Shown: positions 22,121 through 33,881 of the stretch, piece by piece
Position numbering within the stretch: position 1 is the first letter of the stretch
How the letters are laid out: every line of letters begins with the position of its first letter
Origin: Blepharisma stoltei ATCC 30299
Lineage: Eukaryota > Protista > Ciliophora
Length of the DNA: 64,000 bases
Reading direction: 5' to 3'
Assembly (NCBI GenBank): GCA_965603825.1
Contig: CBFDEM010000062.1
Coordinates: forward strand, 124,001 to 188,000
Made by a program: the position numbers and the translations under genes
Notes under the pieces: model-generated
Databases searched by the model: none
Seen by the model: only the letters and a program-made list of their open reading frames with translations
What the model was told of the DNA's origin: nothing

Positions 22121-24769
22121 TTAATTAGGTATCATAATAGTAACCTTTTTGTCCATAAGTCTATCTCTTCCTTCGTCTTTATCTTTATTTGATTTTTCTT
22201 CTTCTGTTTCTTCGTTCTCTTTCATTTGTTTTTTGCTGAGTTTTTGGATTTCTTTATTTTTCTTCAATTCTTTTTTCATTTTTCTAGCTTGCATCCAGCT
22301 GTCGACTTTGCTTTTGATTTTTGTCTTAGGGAAACATCCTAAAAACCATACAATATAATCGGCAACGCCCCATACTTTTACGTCGTCTCGGTACCCTTCT
22401 CTTATTCTGACTTGTCGATATGCGTCCATATAGATTCCTATAAAGGATGAAGTGACGAAAAACATCACAAAAAATAAATAGCAAATATAAAAAAATAACG
22501 TCCAAAATGCATTAATCCTGATAAGAGTTTGGGTATTTCCTATCCCAATTGAAAACAATACGTTATACAATAGAGCATAACCAAAATTACGATAATAAAT
22601 AAAGTAGCTTCCCCACACAGAAAGCGCTAAAAAGCAAAATCCGATTATCAGAGGAGAAATTAAAATCACATACGCCGCCAAGTCTTTTATAGCCTAAATA
22701 TCTTTTACAATTGATATATTTTTGGTAAGCAAATAGAGGCGTTTGCTTATAGTTAGAACGTGCACCATTCTAAACATAACACAAAATAACGACCAAGCAT
22801 TAATAATTGTGGCTGTTCTATAAGCAAACCCAACTGTGCTAAAATCATGAAAATAATTGTCTTTTAAAATTTTTTTTTCGTCTGCGTTAATTTTTGCTGC
22901 AAACGCAAGCGTTGTGATAAAGAGCGCCATCATAAATCAGTCAATAAAAGAATAAACTGACACAAATTTCCTCCAATTTCTTTTTCCGTATTGGTCTCTT
23001 TGTAAAGCTTTGATAGTTCCATAGGCTATGAAATAAATACAAAAAATGATCCTGAACGCCATCATTACAAGTGCAGGCCGATAGTCTTCATATGTAAGAT
23101 CCCCATGAAAAATGTAGGGTCTTATAGGATTAGCTTTAATTTGACCAGTTACAGAGATTTCTATAATCTAAATAAAGCTTACAATATCGTCTCATATCCA
23201 GTAATCAGAGTTTGGGAGGTAAAAACTTAGAGAAATAATAACTGCTCTTACGCTGTTATCAATCCACCCTTTCTCAAAAATAGCATTCATTTGGTCTGTA
23301 AACTCTTCTAAGGTCAACGAATAGGTAAAATCTTTGACATATCCGCTTCCGTCATAATTAGAAAACTCTCCTATCAGTATTGAGCTGATATTAGTGTAGC
23401 TTGTAGACCTATAAATTTCGTAATCCTGGGTATTTCCTGAATTTAGGTTAAGCTTTTCTGTATATTTAGTATCATCATCATATTCACTATGATAACAAGT
23501 TGCATTTTCTATTTCAAGGCCATCATTATGGAAGCAGCTTTTTTCCTGGGTCCTTAAAGTCCTTATTCTAAGCGGCCCTACAGGTATAAAATATTCACTC
23601 GTCAAAGGAGGGTCAGAAGAATCGTAACTTGATGCATAAACCATTCGGGCAAGCACACTTGTAATAAAAGATTTTACAGACAGAATACTCGTCATTGATG
23701 ACAAATACTCTTCTGTGGTTGCAATTTGTTGTGAAAGCCAAAAATCGACCTCATAAGAAATCCAATAAGTTTTTTCTAAATCTATTAGCGCGATATGAAT
23801 ACCTAAAGTTAGCGCCAAAATAATAGTAATCACAACCAGTGTAGGACTGCTTAAACTTCATATGCTTAGCCTTTCCTTTTCCCAGTCTTCATTTACTTGT
23901 GCTTCATCTGGAAGATGGGTTTGCATGCCTTCATAAGTAAGCAGAAATTTATTATAATTGATTTTTCTACCTTCGTCGTTAAGGGCTCTTTTTTGTCTTC
24001 TATTCCCTTGTTTAGAAAACTGGTTTTTATAGTTTTCTTCTATAAAATAGTCATCAGGATCCGTAAAAGATTTAGTGGCGCTGTTGTCTTTTTGGATTAT
24101 TCAGAACTCAGGTTTCATGCGCTGCTCACATACAATTTTGACGACGTTATCTTTAAAATGATCGATAAATGAGTAATTTGGGGCTCTTAAGGCAAATAAA
24201 TTTTCATCTAAATTCCAATGTTTACAAGCTATAAGTTTTAATTGTTGAAAAGTTGTAGAGGAATTTAAGCGGACACTAAGCTCAACTGCATTGGACCGAT
24301 CAAGCTTTCGGAAATCGCCATCTTTCAAATTTTTAGTATAAAGGATTTTTGCGGTATGCACAAGTGGGACATTTTCTGTTTTTTCACGGAGATCGTGGAT
24401 TGATCGAGTTTTTGTAGGCAAAATTGGCAGTTTGGCCTTAGCTAATTCTTCTAATTTTTCTTGGAGTTTTTTTCCGACTTCTTTAAATTCTTTATCATCA
24501 ACGCGCTTTGAGATGTCAGGCTTGTCTTTGTTTTGCATATCTTTTAAGTTCTGGATACGGATAATTTCTTGGTTTACTTCAGCGATTGTTCTTTGTAAAT
24601 CATTTAAACTATGCTCAGATCCTTTCAGCTGGGTACTTTTAGCAGAACAGCTACCTTCAAGTCTTGCTTTGTCCATTTGAATTTTTTGGATTTTGTCTTC
24701 TAACGATTTAAGCTCTTCTTCTTTTTTGGCAAGTTCTTGCTTTAGTTTACGTTTTTCAAGAACAGACAT
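22121..24769 (-). CDS. Polycystin-2/TRPP-like cation channel, 872 aa; introns 23168-23182 and 22694-22708
   Basis: TOP-domain motifs GPLRIRTLR...C, G.FSNYDGSGY, GWIDNSVRAVIISLSFY.PN; six TM; FIGIYMDAY; four TGA and two introns give one frame. Confidence 0.85.
22694..22708 (-). other. 15-nt intron
   Basis: GTAAAAGATATTTAG, phase 0. Confidence 0.87.
23168..23182 (-). other. 15-nt intron
   Basis: GTAAGCTTTATTTAG, phase 0. Confidence 0.87.
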
Positions 24770-25084
24770 TTAATATTGCAAATTAAAACGTATAATATGT
24801 ATGATTTTAATTTATGATGAGTAGTTTGTTTGGCTTCTGATTTTCAGAATAATTGTGCAATAGGAAATTTATATAATGTTTTGGCATGTAATCTTATAAC
24901 GTTCCAAGTGCCAAGATTAGATCGGCACATTGGAGCTTGAGTAATAAGGCTTGTGCATGAAAATATTTTTGAAAATGTGGATTATTATAAGAAATTATGC
25001 TAATTCTTAATAAAATAAAAGATAATACCAACAAATGCAATGTTTATTCAATTTTTTGATTTTATTTGACAAAATTCAAATAAA

Positions 25085-26608
25085 ATGTCTGAAGATAATT
25101 ACTCTGAAGATTTTGAACCTGACCAAATAGCAGAAGAAGAGCATCAGCTGAGACTTTCATTCGAGCTGCACTCAGTAAAAGATTTGCCTGAGTCAGCATT
25201 TCTTTATGTCAAATTTAATTACCCACTTCTAGGAAATGGGCGCACTCAAGCAGCAAATATTCGAAAAAACACAGAATGCAGGGTAGAAAACGCCTTTCAA
25301 GCCCATGAATTTGCTATGACAAAAAACCAGCTTTTGCCTACATTAAGCAGCTCTCCTTTTGTTTTAGAAGTCTGGCATGCTGATAAATTCACAAAAGACA
25401 AGCAGCTTGGAACAGTCTCAATTAAAATGGAAGATCTGCTGCGAGCGCCGCTTAAAAAGACAGCTGAAAGTGTCCTCAGAGTTCTAGACTCCTGGCTTTC
25501 AATAGAAAATGACTCTGGAAAATACGGCCAAATCCGAGTTTTACTATATCTAGAAGATCTAGGTTTAAAAAAACCAGGCGCAGCTTTAGCCCAAGCCACC
25601 CACCCAACTGACTACCAAACTGCTTTTGAGCTAGAAGTATGGAAAAAATCAGAAGAAGCCAAATGAAAAGCCACATTAAAAGAAAAAGAACAGCAGCACA
25701 TTGCCTTAGCCTCTGTAGAGTGGCAAGAGCGTGAAAACCAGCGCGAAAGGCAATTCCAAAAAATCACAACTGAGCTTACCCAGCTAGAAAACAAAGTCAG
25801 AGCTAAAGCATTAGAGCTTCAAAAAAGGGAACAAAAAATAATCAGCCTTGAAGACGAATTAAGGCAAAAAATCAACGACACAGGCAGACAGTTAGCTATA
25901 AAAGAAGAAGAAATCCAAAGCTTGAAAAACCGGTTTAACGACTCTAGAAATGCAGTTTCTAAAGAAAATAAAGCCCTGCAAGCTAAACTTGACCAGCTCA
26001 GAGAAGAGCTTAAAAAAACAGAAGAAGAGCTATATAGGGTAAGACGGGAACAAGACTCCACAACAGTCCAAAATTTAAGGACTGAGCTTAATAATAAACA
26101 GCTAGAAAATATCGAAATGAAAAGGCAGCTCGACCAGATGGCAGCTATGAAAGAAAGCTACAGGCAGCAGTTCGAAAAAATAAAAAGTGAGCTTGTCAGA
26201 GCTTTAAGAAGCCACGAAGACGAAAAAAAAGAATGGCAAAAGCGAGAAATAGCTGAAATTGCCCAGCTTAAGCTGACTTTAGAATCGAAAAAAATCCAAG
26301 AAGAAGAATCCAAAGAGCTTAAACAAGTCAAAGAAGACCTCATAACCCTCCAAAAAACCTTCAAAGAAAATCAGCCAGACAACCTCAAGCCAAACCTGTC
26401 AAAAACTGAAAAAGTCTTCGAAAACCGCATCAATCTTCCAATTCCCCATACCTCGGAATTTTATTCCGCCAAAGAAGAACCTTCTTCAGTAGATGAGCTT
26501 ACACGACTAAAAACAGAAAAAGCTGAACTTATTGCTTCAGGGATGTATACTGAAGAAGACGCCTTAATTATCGAGCTGGATCGCCAAATCGCATTTTTAA
26601 GCATTTAA
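25085..26608 (+). CDS. CEP120: CEP120-like centriolar protein (one C2 + coiled coil), 507 aa
   Basis: C2 domain, DYQTAFELEVWK, C-terminal GMYTEEDALIIELDRQI; one TGA at 25664. Confidence 0.8.
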
Positions 26609-26626
26609 ATTTAATTATAATTTTAA

Positions 26627-29065
26627 ATGAAAACTCTGTTTTCCAGCTTCTTTAGGGATAAAAAGAGACTGTCAAAAGATGAATTTAAAGAGCAAACCCA
26701 GCTTACGAATTTGCCTCAAGAACAGCCAGAAAGGGTGATTCATAACAGGCCTTTAGAACTAATGGATCCGCCAGAATTGAATATGAGGGATCCAAGGATT
26801 TATAGAGGCTTTCCATACACAGAAAGGCTCGGGACATCTTGTATTGGCTGTGCCAGATTTTGAGGGAGAGAAAGCAAAAATCATTTTTCACGAGGAAATA
26901 CTGCAGATGTAATGAAACAAGATGCGGTGTCAATTGATGAAAAAACATATGCAGTGAGGGAGCATTATAAAGGGAAATCGTTATATTTGAAAATACATGA
27001 CACGAATGGCCTGAAATTAGACCCAAACGTAATACATCCCTTTGTCAGGATACACATTATGGATATTACAAAAAATTCTTATTTAACTAAAAGTTACCCA
27101 CATAGCGTGATAAACTACTATGAAGGAATGGGGCAGCTAAATACAAGCCACGAGTACAGCTCAGGAGATTGCAGCTATATTTATCCTTTTTCAACACCTC
27201 CTTGTGATATGAGAATTACAGGCGAAAATGACCCACATTGGGATGAAGAATTTATACTAGATGAAGACGCAGCCTATGTCCTTAACCCTAACAATGTGAT
27301 TTTATTCGAAATTCTTGACTTTAATTTTAGACTCATCAAGCAGAACTCCAATCTTCTGAGGCAAGACAAAATGTACCCGGTTGCATGGGCATTTCTTCGT
27401 CCAATTGGCAGCACAAAAATGCATCTTGGGATTTCTAAGCTGCAGCTTTACAATTTTAAATTTAAACCTCAAAAAGGCTTTGGAGAGCTCAGGAGGCCTG
27501 AAGTTTACTATAATTTTAACTGGTATAACAAGGAGCTTTATCCTTCTTTTTTAAGAGTTGAGCTGAGAGTAATAGAGCAGCCAGAAAGGAAATTTGTAAG
27601 GTATATGCCAATATCTCCTTTTGAAAGAGAAGAAGGCGAAAAAACCTATGAAGAGCTAGAAATGGAAGCAGCAGAGCCAAGAAAACTAAAACTTGGTGGA
27701 AAAGAAGAAATTGATGCAGAAGCACTAGAAAGAGCAAAAAGACTGACAAAATGGAGAAGACTGTATCAAGAAGACTGCATGATTCCTAATAAGCTTGCAT
27801 TTAAGTTGCAAGCTAGCAAGCTAGGGTGTTGGAGGTTATCTTTTTCTCATAATGGGAAATATTTGGCTGCTGGGTGTACTGATGAAACAACGGTCATTAA
27901 AATTTATCAAGTCGAGGATGGAGAACTGACACTGACTTTAAGAGGACATGCAGACTTAGTCCATGATTTAGCGTGGAGTGAAGATGATATGTACTTAATT
28001 AGCAGCTCTTCAGATGGGACGACCAAAATATGAGACTTCACAGGGATCTTCAGAGGTGGAGGCGAGGCTACTGGGTTTACACAGTCTGCCTTTAACCCTG
28101 GGACTGCTGAATTTTTAAAAGTCAGCTTGCAGCATCCTTCTTATGTGTACTCTGGGCAGTTCCACCCTGACCAAACCCATTCTGGCTACTTTATAATCGC
28201 AACTGCTTGTTTTGATGGAAATGTACGGTTTTGGTTTTCCAACCCAGAATCGACTACCATGAATTCTGAGCTCCCCATTATCCCTCAGCAGCAGCTAGAC
28301 TACCAATATCTTAAAGAAGAACGTCTAAAAAACCCAACTGATGCTGAACTATTAGAGCACCGGCATCCTAATACAATAGTTTTTGATAACCAAGAAATAA
28401 TGTACGTAGGAGACTCTTTAGGCATGATCCATTTATTTAGTGTCCAAATCAGGGATAATATGCTGCAGACTGCATTAATTCATCAAGTCAGCCTTGATGA
28501 GCTATTAGGAGACCCTATTAATACTATATTATTACAGCCTCCTGAAAAAAGATTTTTACTAGTGCTTACACGTGATAACGTAATCAGAAGAATTGAGCCT
28601 GCAAGAGCCGCCCAAGCTGATACCCACGATTTAATAGATACAAGGTTTTTTGGGGCAAAAATCGCGAAATTCGCTGTGAGAAATTGCATAAGTCCTGATG
28701 GGCGGTATTTGTTGTCAGGGTCTGAAGATGGGAAAATTTATTTGTGGGATGTGGCGACAGGGTATAGAGAAGATATTTCACATTTAGAAGTAGGGGTGAA
28801 GGATTTGATTAGTGATGTGGCATGGAATTCGACTTATAATATGATCGCTGTGGCTGGATTTGGGTCTGAGCTGCCGATTTTGATATACTGCTATGAAAAA
28901 ACACAAGAAGATGCAGAAAATGCCCTTATGGAGCTAAATAATCGAGTGCCTGAGGAAGGAAAAGACTATTTAGCGCCACAAAAAGAAGTTATCAGCAATT
29001 TGGCTTATGAAGTAGGAGCCACACGAGAGCTTCCTTCACGGCAGTCAAATTTCCCACGGTATTAA
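26627..29065 (+). CDS. AHI1: Jouberin/AHI1-like WD40 transition-zone protein, 812 aa
   Basis: IHPFVRIHIMD, ILFEILDF, VAWAFL, SSSDGTTKI[TGA]D, HPSYVY..QFHP; three track ORFs in one frame. Confidence 0.82.
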
Positions 29066-29108
29066 TGGCAATAACTAAAAATTTAATTATCATTTTCCAT
29101 ATAATAAA

Positions 29109-29501
29109 ATGCAGGGTGAAATGGACCTTTCTAAAGATGAAAAACAGCTGATTTTTGACTATTTTTTCTATCACATACAAAGTCCTCTTAATACAAACGC
29201 TGAAGACTATCGCAAATTTAACACTTATACCTTTAGAGCCATTAAATTGAATTTTTTGTACACATTAGCATTTGGAATGGCATCTTATAATTTATTCTTT
29301 CAAAAAGATTGGGGAATATTAAGAGGAGTTGTGAAGCCTGGTCTAGTAGCTTTTGGGCTTTTTGGCTACAGCTGCATTATGTTTGCGAGGAGATTTAATA
29401 ACGCTATATATAATGAAGAAGCCTTAGAATGCGCTAAAAAATATGAAAAAGATGTTGAACGATACAATGACCATTACAGAAGAATTTATGGAAATAAATA
29501 A
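29109..29501 (+). CDS. Small hypothetical membrane protein, 130 aa
   Basis: Open frame, two hydrophobic segments. Confidence 0.65.
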   Translation: MQGEMDLSKDEKQLIFDYFFYHIQSPLNTNAEDYRKFNTYTFRAIKLNFLYTLAFGMASYNLFFQKDWGILRGVVKPGLVAFGLFGYSCIMFARRFNNAIYNEEALECAKKYEKDVERYNDHYRRIYGNK

Positions 29502-29523
29502 TTCACTAGATTTATTAATAAGT

Positions 29524-30771
29524 TTAAGCTTTAGCCTGAGTTGCCTTCTCAAATAGTGAATCGACTACCAAATTCAGTGTATCTAAAAATTTCAAAGAAG
29601 TGTCATAGAGTTTTGAAGCTGGAGGGTCGTCGTATACAATTAAACATCCGATGCCTTGATCGAGGGTCCCTTCGAATTTCTTATCTAAAATCATCTGAGA
29701 AAGCTTTTCAGTCACTGCGTCTTCAGGCAGTCCAATTAGCTCTGCAATGTGGCTCAGCTCGACTTTGCTGAATGGCTCGATGATTCTTATTAGATGCTGC
29801 TCAAGCATGGTGTCGTATAAAGCTTGAATGTGTCTGTTTACTACGCTATCCCCTTCTAGCTCTTCTCTGAAATTTTGTAAAACTGATTGAAACTCGTGAA
29901 GAGAACGAATTTCATGGGCATGAGCTACAGCTTTCATAGAATCAATTTCTCTCCCTGTATACTTAATCCCTCCTTTTGTGTTTATAAGCGCATATGCATC
30001 TTCCGGCTTATTACACATAATCTTGGATACCAGCATATACTTTAACGCTTGTAGCGCTCTCGGATCATCTACACTATTAAACCCTTCATGTGCCTCATAA
30101 AAATAGCTGAACCCAGTCCTATAGTCTTTTTCCTCACAATTTAAAATTCCTGACATTAAGTCAATTTCAGCTTGTAAAATAGGTGGACAGTATATAGAAT
30201 TTGCACAGGATCTTGACGATGTTAAAGCAGCCTTAGCTCTTGGGACGTTTTCTAATTTATGGTAAACTTTGCTTTCAATTAGCTGAATTTCGACGAGCTG
30301 CAGTTTATCATCAAGTTTTTTGACTTCTTTTAGAAGGGCGCCTAAGGAATCTAAAGCTTCTTTGTATCTGTTACTCTCTAAATAAAGCTGAGCTAGCTTA
30401 GTTTCTAGCCTCTGTCTCAGAAAAGCACGCTTTTCTTCATTACACCAGGCTATTGAGTCTTCACAAAGCTTAATTTGTAAAGAAAGAGAATTGGGGATTA
30501 AGGAAGAAAAATCAATAAGCGATCTGACAATTTTGGCTGTTTTTGCTTTAGGGAAGGCGTTGAATAAGGGACGGATTTCTTCGACGAGGTAGGCTAGGTC
30601 ACTTGATCGGTGCTGCTTTGCCAGGAGCTCGCCTAATGTGAGAACTGCGCCTTCTTTGACGCGGGCGTTGTCTTCTTCGGGGAGTTCAGCATGGATGAGG
30701 GCTCTTAGGACAGAAATTGAGGATTCGGGATCAGTTTTGAGAAGTTCTTTAGCTCTTTTGAGTTCTTCCAT
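29524..30771 (-). CDS. RPN6: 26S proteasome lid subunit Rpn6/PSMD11
   Basis: KAKTAKIVR, EKRAFLRQRLE, LKEVKKLDDK, ANSIYCPP, PCI domain LSQMILDKKF.G.LDQG. Confidence 0.97.
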   Translation of the reverse strand: MEELKRAKELLKTDPESSISVLRALIHAELPEEDNARVKEGAVLTLGELLAKQHRSSDLAYLVEEIRPLFNAFPKAKTAKIVRSLIDFSSLIPNSLSLQIKLCEDSIAWCNEEKRAFLRQRLETKLAQLYLESNRYKEALDSLGALLKEVKKLDDKLQLVEIQLIESKVYHKLENVPRAKAALTSSRSCANSIYCPPILQAEIDLMSGILNCEEKDYRTGFSYFYEAHEGFNSVDDPRALQALKYMLVSKIMCNKPEDAYALINTKGGIKYTGREIDSMKAVAHAHEIRSLHEFQSVLQNFREELEGDSVVNRHIQALYDTMLEQHLIRIIEPFSKVELSHIAELIGLPEDAVTEKLSQMILDKKFEGTLDQGIGCLIVYDDPPASKLYDTSLKFLDTLNLVVDSLFEKATQAKA

Positions 30772-31322
30772 ATTATTACTTGAGTAGATAAATAGAAAAT
30801 GAATGTTGATATAAATGAAATTAATAGATGCTAGGAAAAAGGCAGTTATTTGATTAAATAAAAGTTTTAGGGAAATTAGTTTTTGATTTGCAGATTTTAT
30901 ATGCCAAATTTATTAGGATAATAAAATTTTTAAAGAAATTAAATAAATTTTGTAATCAGATAGCATTTGCTTAAAGAGCTGCTACTATTTGTCTTGCATT
31001 GAGTATAATTATATAGACGCAAAAATCGAAAAAATCTAATTTAAAGTTTTTTTAGAATATTTGAAAATCTAATGCCAATGCCACTTATGCATTATACGCT
31101 TAATATGAATCATCTTAAAAATAATTATGCTTATAATCCTAAAACCGTTAAAATTATATTAGCATTGATTTAATGCAAAAAAATAAATCCAGTAGTCATT
31201 AAATGCATTTATAAATCAATAATAATTTTTTTATCTAATAATATCTTTAATCTTTACATCTGAATTTATTAAAAAGCCTCCTTAAATAATTCCCAAAACT
31301 CTTAAATTACTCTGGATGAAAA

Positions 31323-32327
31323 ATGCAAAATTTTGAAGCTCTTAAAAAGCCATGCAAACCTGGCGAAGTTTTCAGCCCCCCGCGCTCACCAAAGCCAGAA
31401 AACACCTCATTAATCCTCACCCCTGAATTTTCTCAGCCTTCCCCATCTGCTTATGCATCTCACAGACGAGCTTACAGTAGAGAATCTCCACAAGGCCAAA
31501 AGGGCTTAATAGAACACTTTGCAAAAGAAAACAAAAGACTAGCCCAGCGCATTATGCAGCTTGAACAAATCCAAGAAGATATATTAACTGAGCATCAGAA
31601 ACTGTTACATCAATATAACGACGAACTAAAACAAAAAATTATTAAATGAGAAGGCACAATCAAAGAAAAAGATAAATATATCAAAGAATTAGAACGTGAA
31701 ATAGAAAACTTGCATAGAGAAAATGACTCTTTAAAAGGCTCTCCTTCGAAATACAAAATTTACAAAGCTGATAGAATTTTGGAATGCGAGCAGGTCCTTG
31801 TTAGAAATTTAGAGAATTTATCAAGAATTACAGAAGATAATGCAGAAATTGATGGGTTTATAGCGGATGAACTTTTTGCATTAGAGCAAGAAGAATATGC
31901 TGGACAAGGGGAAGAAGGATATGAAGTAAGTGCAATACAAGAAGAAGGAAGAGTAATGTCTTTAGGACAAACTGAAGTAGAACCTGCTTGTATGCTGGAG
32001 AGCTTTGAAAACACAATTGAGTTTAAAAATAGCAAGTTTATGTCTTCACTTACCAGTGTTCAGCTTGAAGATATTGATATCCCTTATATTGGCTATCCAA
32101 TGTCTCCACAAAGTGCAGAAATTATGCTACTGCATAAAATAAGGGATAAAGATGAAGAAATTGCGAGGCATAAAGAATTTATAAAGAAATTGAAAAACTC
32201 TTTAGAAAGCATGCTACAAGAACACACTAAGTCAAGGATAGAAATGGTAAAAAACAAGCAAGAAATACAAGAACTTAGAGAAAAGTTAGGTTTAACTATG
32301 CCTAGAGAAAATAATTGTAAAGATTAA
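31323..32327 (+). CDS. Coiled-coil hypothetical protein, 334 aa
   Basis: Two track ORFs joined via TGA 31647-31649. Confidence 0.7.
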
Positions 32328-32348
32328 CGATTTTCGGTAAAAATAAAT

Positions 32349-32735
32349 ATGAAAATTGTGTTATTTTGTCTTATTGCGATTGCGCTTGCAGCAAGATATG
32401 ATATTGAAGAAACAGATGAAGCATTTATTAACCCAGGAGGTATAACTTATTTGGAAGCAAAATCTGAGCCAAAGTCAGGGTATATCTGGTATATGATTTC
32501 TACAACTTCTGAAAAGATAAAAATTGAGAGCCCAGCTGGTGAATATTTCCCACCTACAGATGAATCAGAAGCTTTTGGGAAGCTTGTTTTTACGATAAAA
32601 TGTAGCAATGCATGCAGAGAAGGCGAAAAATTCAAAGTGATCGGCGCGCTACAATATTCATGGCAAGCAGCTCCATTTGAAGTAAAAGAAATTGAAGTTA
32701 CAGTGACTAATCAAGATCTAACCAGAAGGCTGTAA
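32349..32735 (+). CDS. Secreted chagasin-like (I42) cysteine protease inhibitor, 128 aa
   Basis: Signal peptide; L..KSEPKSGYIW resembles L.xNPTTGYxW; beta-rich body; QYSWQ resembles YxRPW. Confidence 0.55.
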   Translation: MKIVLFCLIAIALAARYDIEETDEAFINPGGITYLEAKSEPKSGYIWYMISTTSEKIKIESPAGEYFPPTDESEAFGKLVFTIKCSNACREGEKFKVIGALQYSWQAAPFEVKEIEVTVTNQDLTRRL

Positions 32736-32830
32736 TTATTTTATTAAGCAAGCGTTAGATTTATATATCTTTATTAAAAATTATTAAAAATAAGAATTAG
32801 GTGACTAGCTTTATAAGTATTATTAAATCT

Positions 32831-33197
32831 TTAGTTATTTTTTTGCTCCTCCTGAGCTACTCTTGCAGTCAGCACCGCCCCACTCTGTATTTGAGGATAG
32901 TCTGAAAGTGACAGTGGGCCTAAGAGTTTGCGCCCTTCAAAAAACAGTTCCTAAATAATTTTTACAATTGCTTCGAATTGATAATCAGTCTGACTTGAAA
33001 TTTTATATATTACCCATTCAACATTAACGCCGCCTTTGAACTAAATTTAAAATTACATCATCTTCAATTCTTCTACCATCTGGTAATGCGATTATAAGCC
33101 TAATTGTATCTCCTGCAATGGCTTCGCTTTCTTCATGCGAAGTTTTTACTTCTTCAGATACTCTTCCGTCTCTGTGGAGATTCAGTGGAGATGCCAT
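32831..33197 (-). CDS. Small ubiquitin-fold protein, 111 aa; introns 33041-33056 (16 nt) and 32951-32965 (15 nt)
   Basis: Exons of 141, 75 and 120 nt give ...IRLIIALPDGRRIEDDFKGGVNVEWV...IELFFEGRKLLGPLSLSDYPQIQSGAVLTARV...; not in the ORF track. Confidence 0.8.
32951..32965 (-). other. 15-nt intron
   Basis: GTAAAAATTATTTAG, phase 0. Confidence 0.85.
33041..33056 (-). other. 16-nt intron
   Basis: GTAATTTTAAATTTAG, phase 0. Confidence 0.85.
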
Positions 33198-33250
33198 TTA
33201 TTATTGATTATAAGTTTTTGATATTTTTGGGATAGTAAAACAGATAAAGT

Positions 33251-33523
33251 ATGAGCCTAACAGTATATGTTGAAAGCCATGAGCAAGGATTCCCGTTTAT
33301 ATTGCCAGTAATTAGGTCGAAAAAGCAAAGTGAGGTGCTTAGGTCGAAATCTGTTTTTGTGCCCAGGGTGCATTTTCCAGATATTTTAGGGAAAAAGAGT
33401 GGGAAAGGGAAAAAGAAGGGGAAACGGGCTGGGAAGAAATCAAGGAGAGGTTTAAGTCCTGTGGCAGAAAGAAATTTGAGAAGGATTTCAATCAGTCCTA
33501 TTAGTGTATCAATAATTCCTTAA
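33251..33523 (+). CDS. Small very basic protein, 90 aa
   Basis: GC-richer than flanks; K/G/R tract and SP sites; head-to-head with the ubiquitin-fold gene. Confidence 0.55.
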   Translation: MSLTVYVESHEQGFPFILPVIRSKKQSEVLRSKSVFVPRVHFPDILGKKSGKGKKKGKRAGKKSRRGLSPVAERNLRRISISPISVSIIP

Positions 33524-33881
33524 TAATTCCATTTTAAATCTTAATGAAATACTTAAGCCTAGAGAGTTTTAAAATATCTTTATTATTTTCTCTTAATTTA
33601 ATCAAAAAAAAGCAAAAGTTTATAATAAATAAACAATTTTTTTAAAAATATTCAGTTTAATATATATTGACTATTAATAATCAATTATTTTTATTAAACA
33701 CCTTAAAACAAGCATCAATAATCTTTAAATTAACATAAAATAATACAAATAACTTAGCCTCAACCCTAGATTAACCATTTTGTCTCCTATCTTTTTATAT
33801 AATTTTTTCTTTTTTATCAAAAGCTCTTTCTTGATAATTAAGATATCTTTTCATTAATTTAAAATAATCTTTTCTATATCC

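Larger units (their letters stand above)
16699..22319. repeat. Tandem segmental duplication: 16699-19469 and 19548-22319 with a 78-bp unique spacer
   Basis: Direct alignment by eye; each unit covers the aminopeptidase gene plus about 200 bp of the neighbouring channel gene 3' end. Confidence 0.92.

Noticed and set aside
24814-24840. Box C (ATGATGA) and CTGA suggesting a C/D snoRNA
   Set aside because: Only 16 nt apart, with no terminal D box or stem downstream.
27286-27293. CCCTAACA telomere-like unit
   Set aside because: Single copy inside the AHI1 coding sequence.
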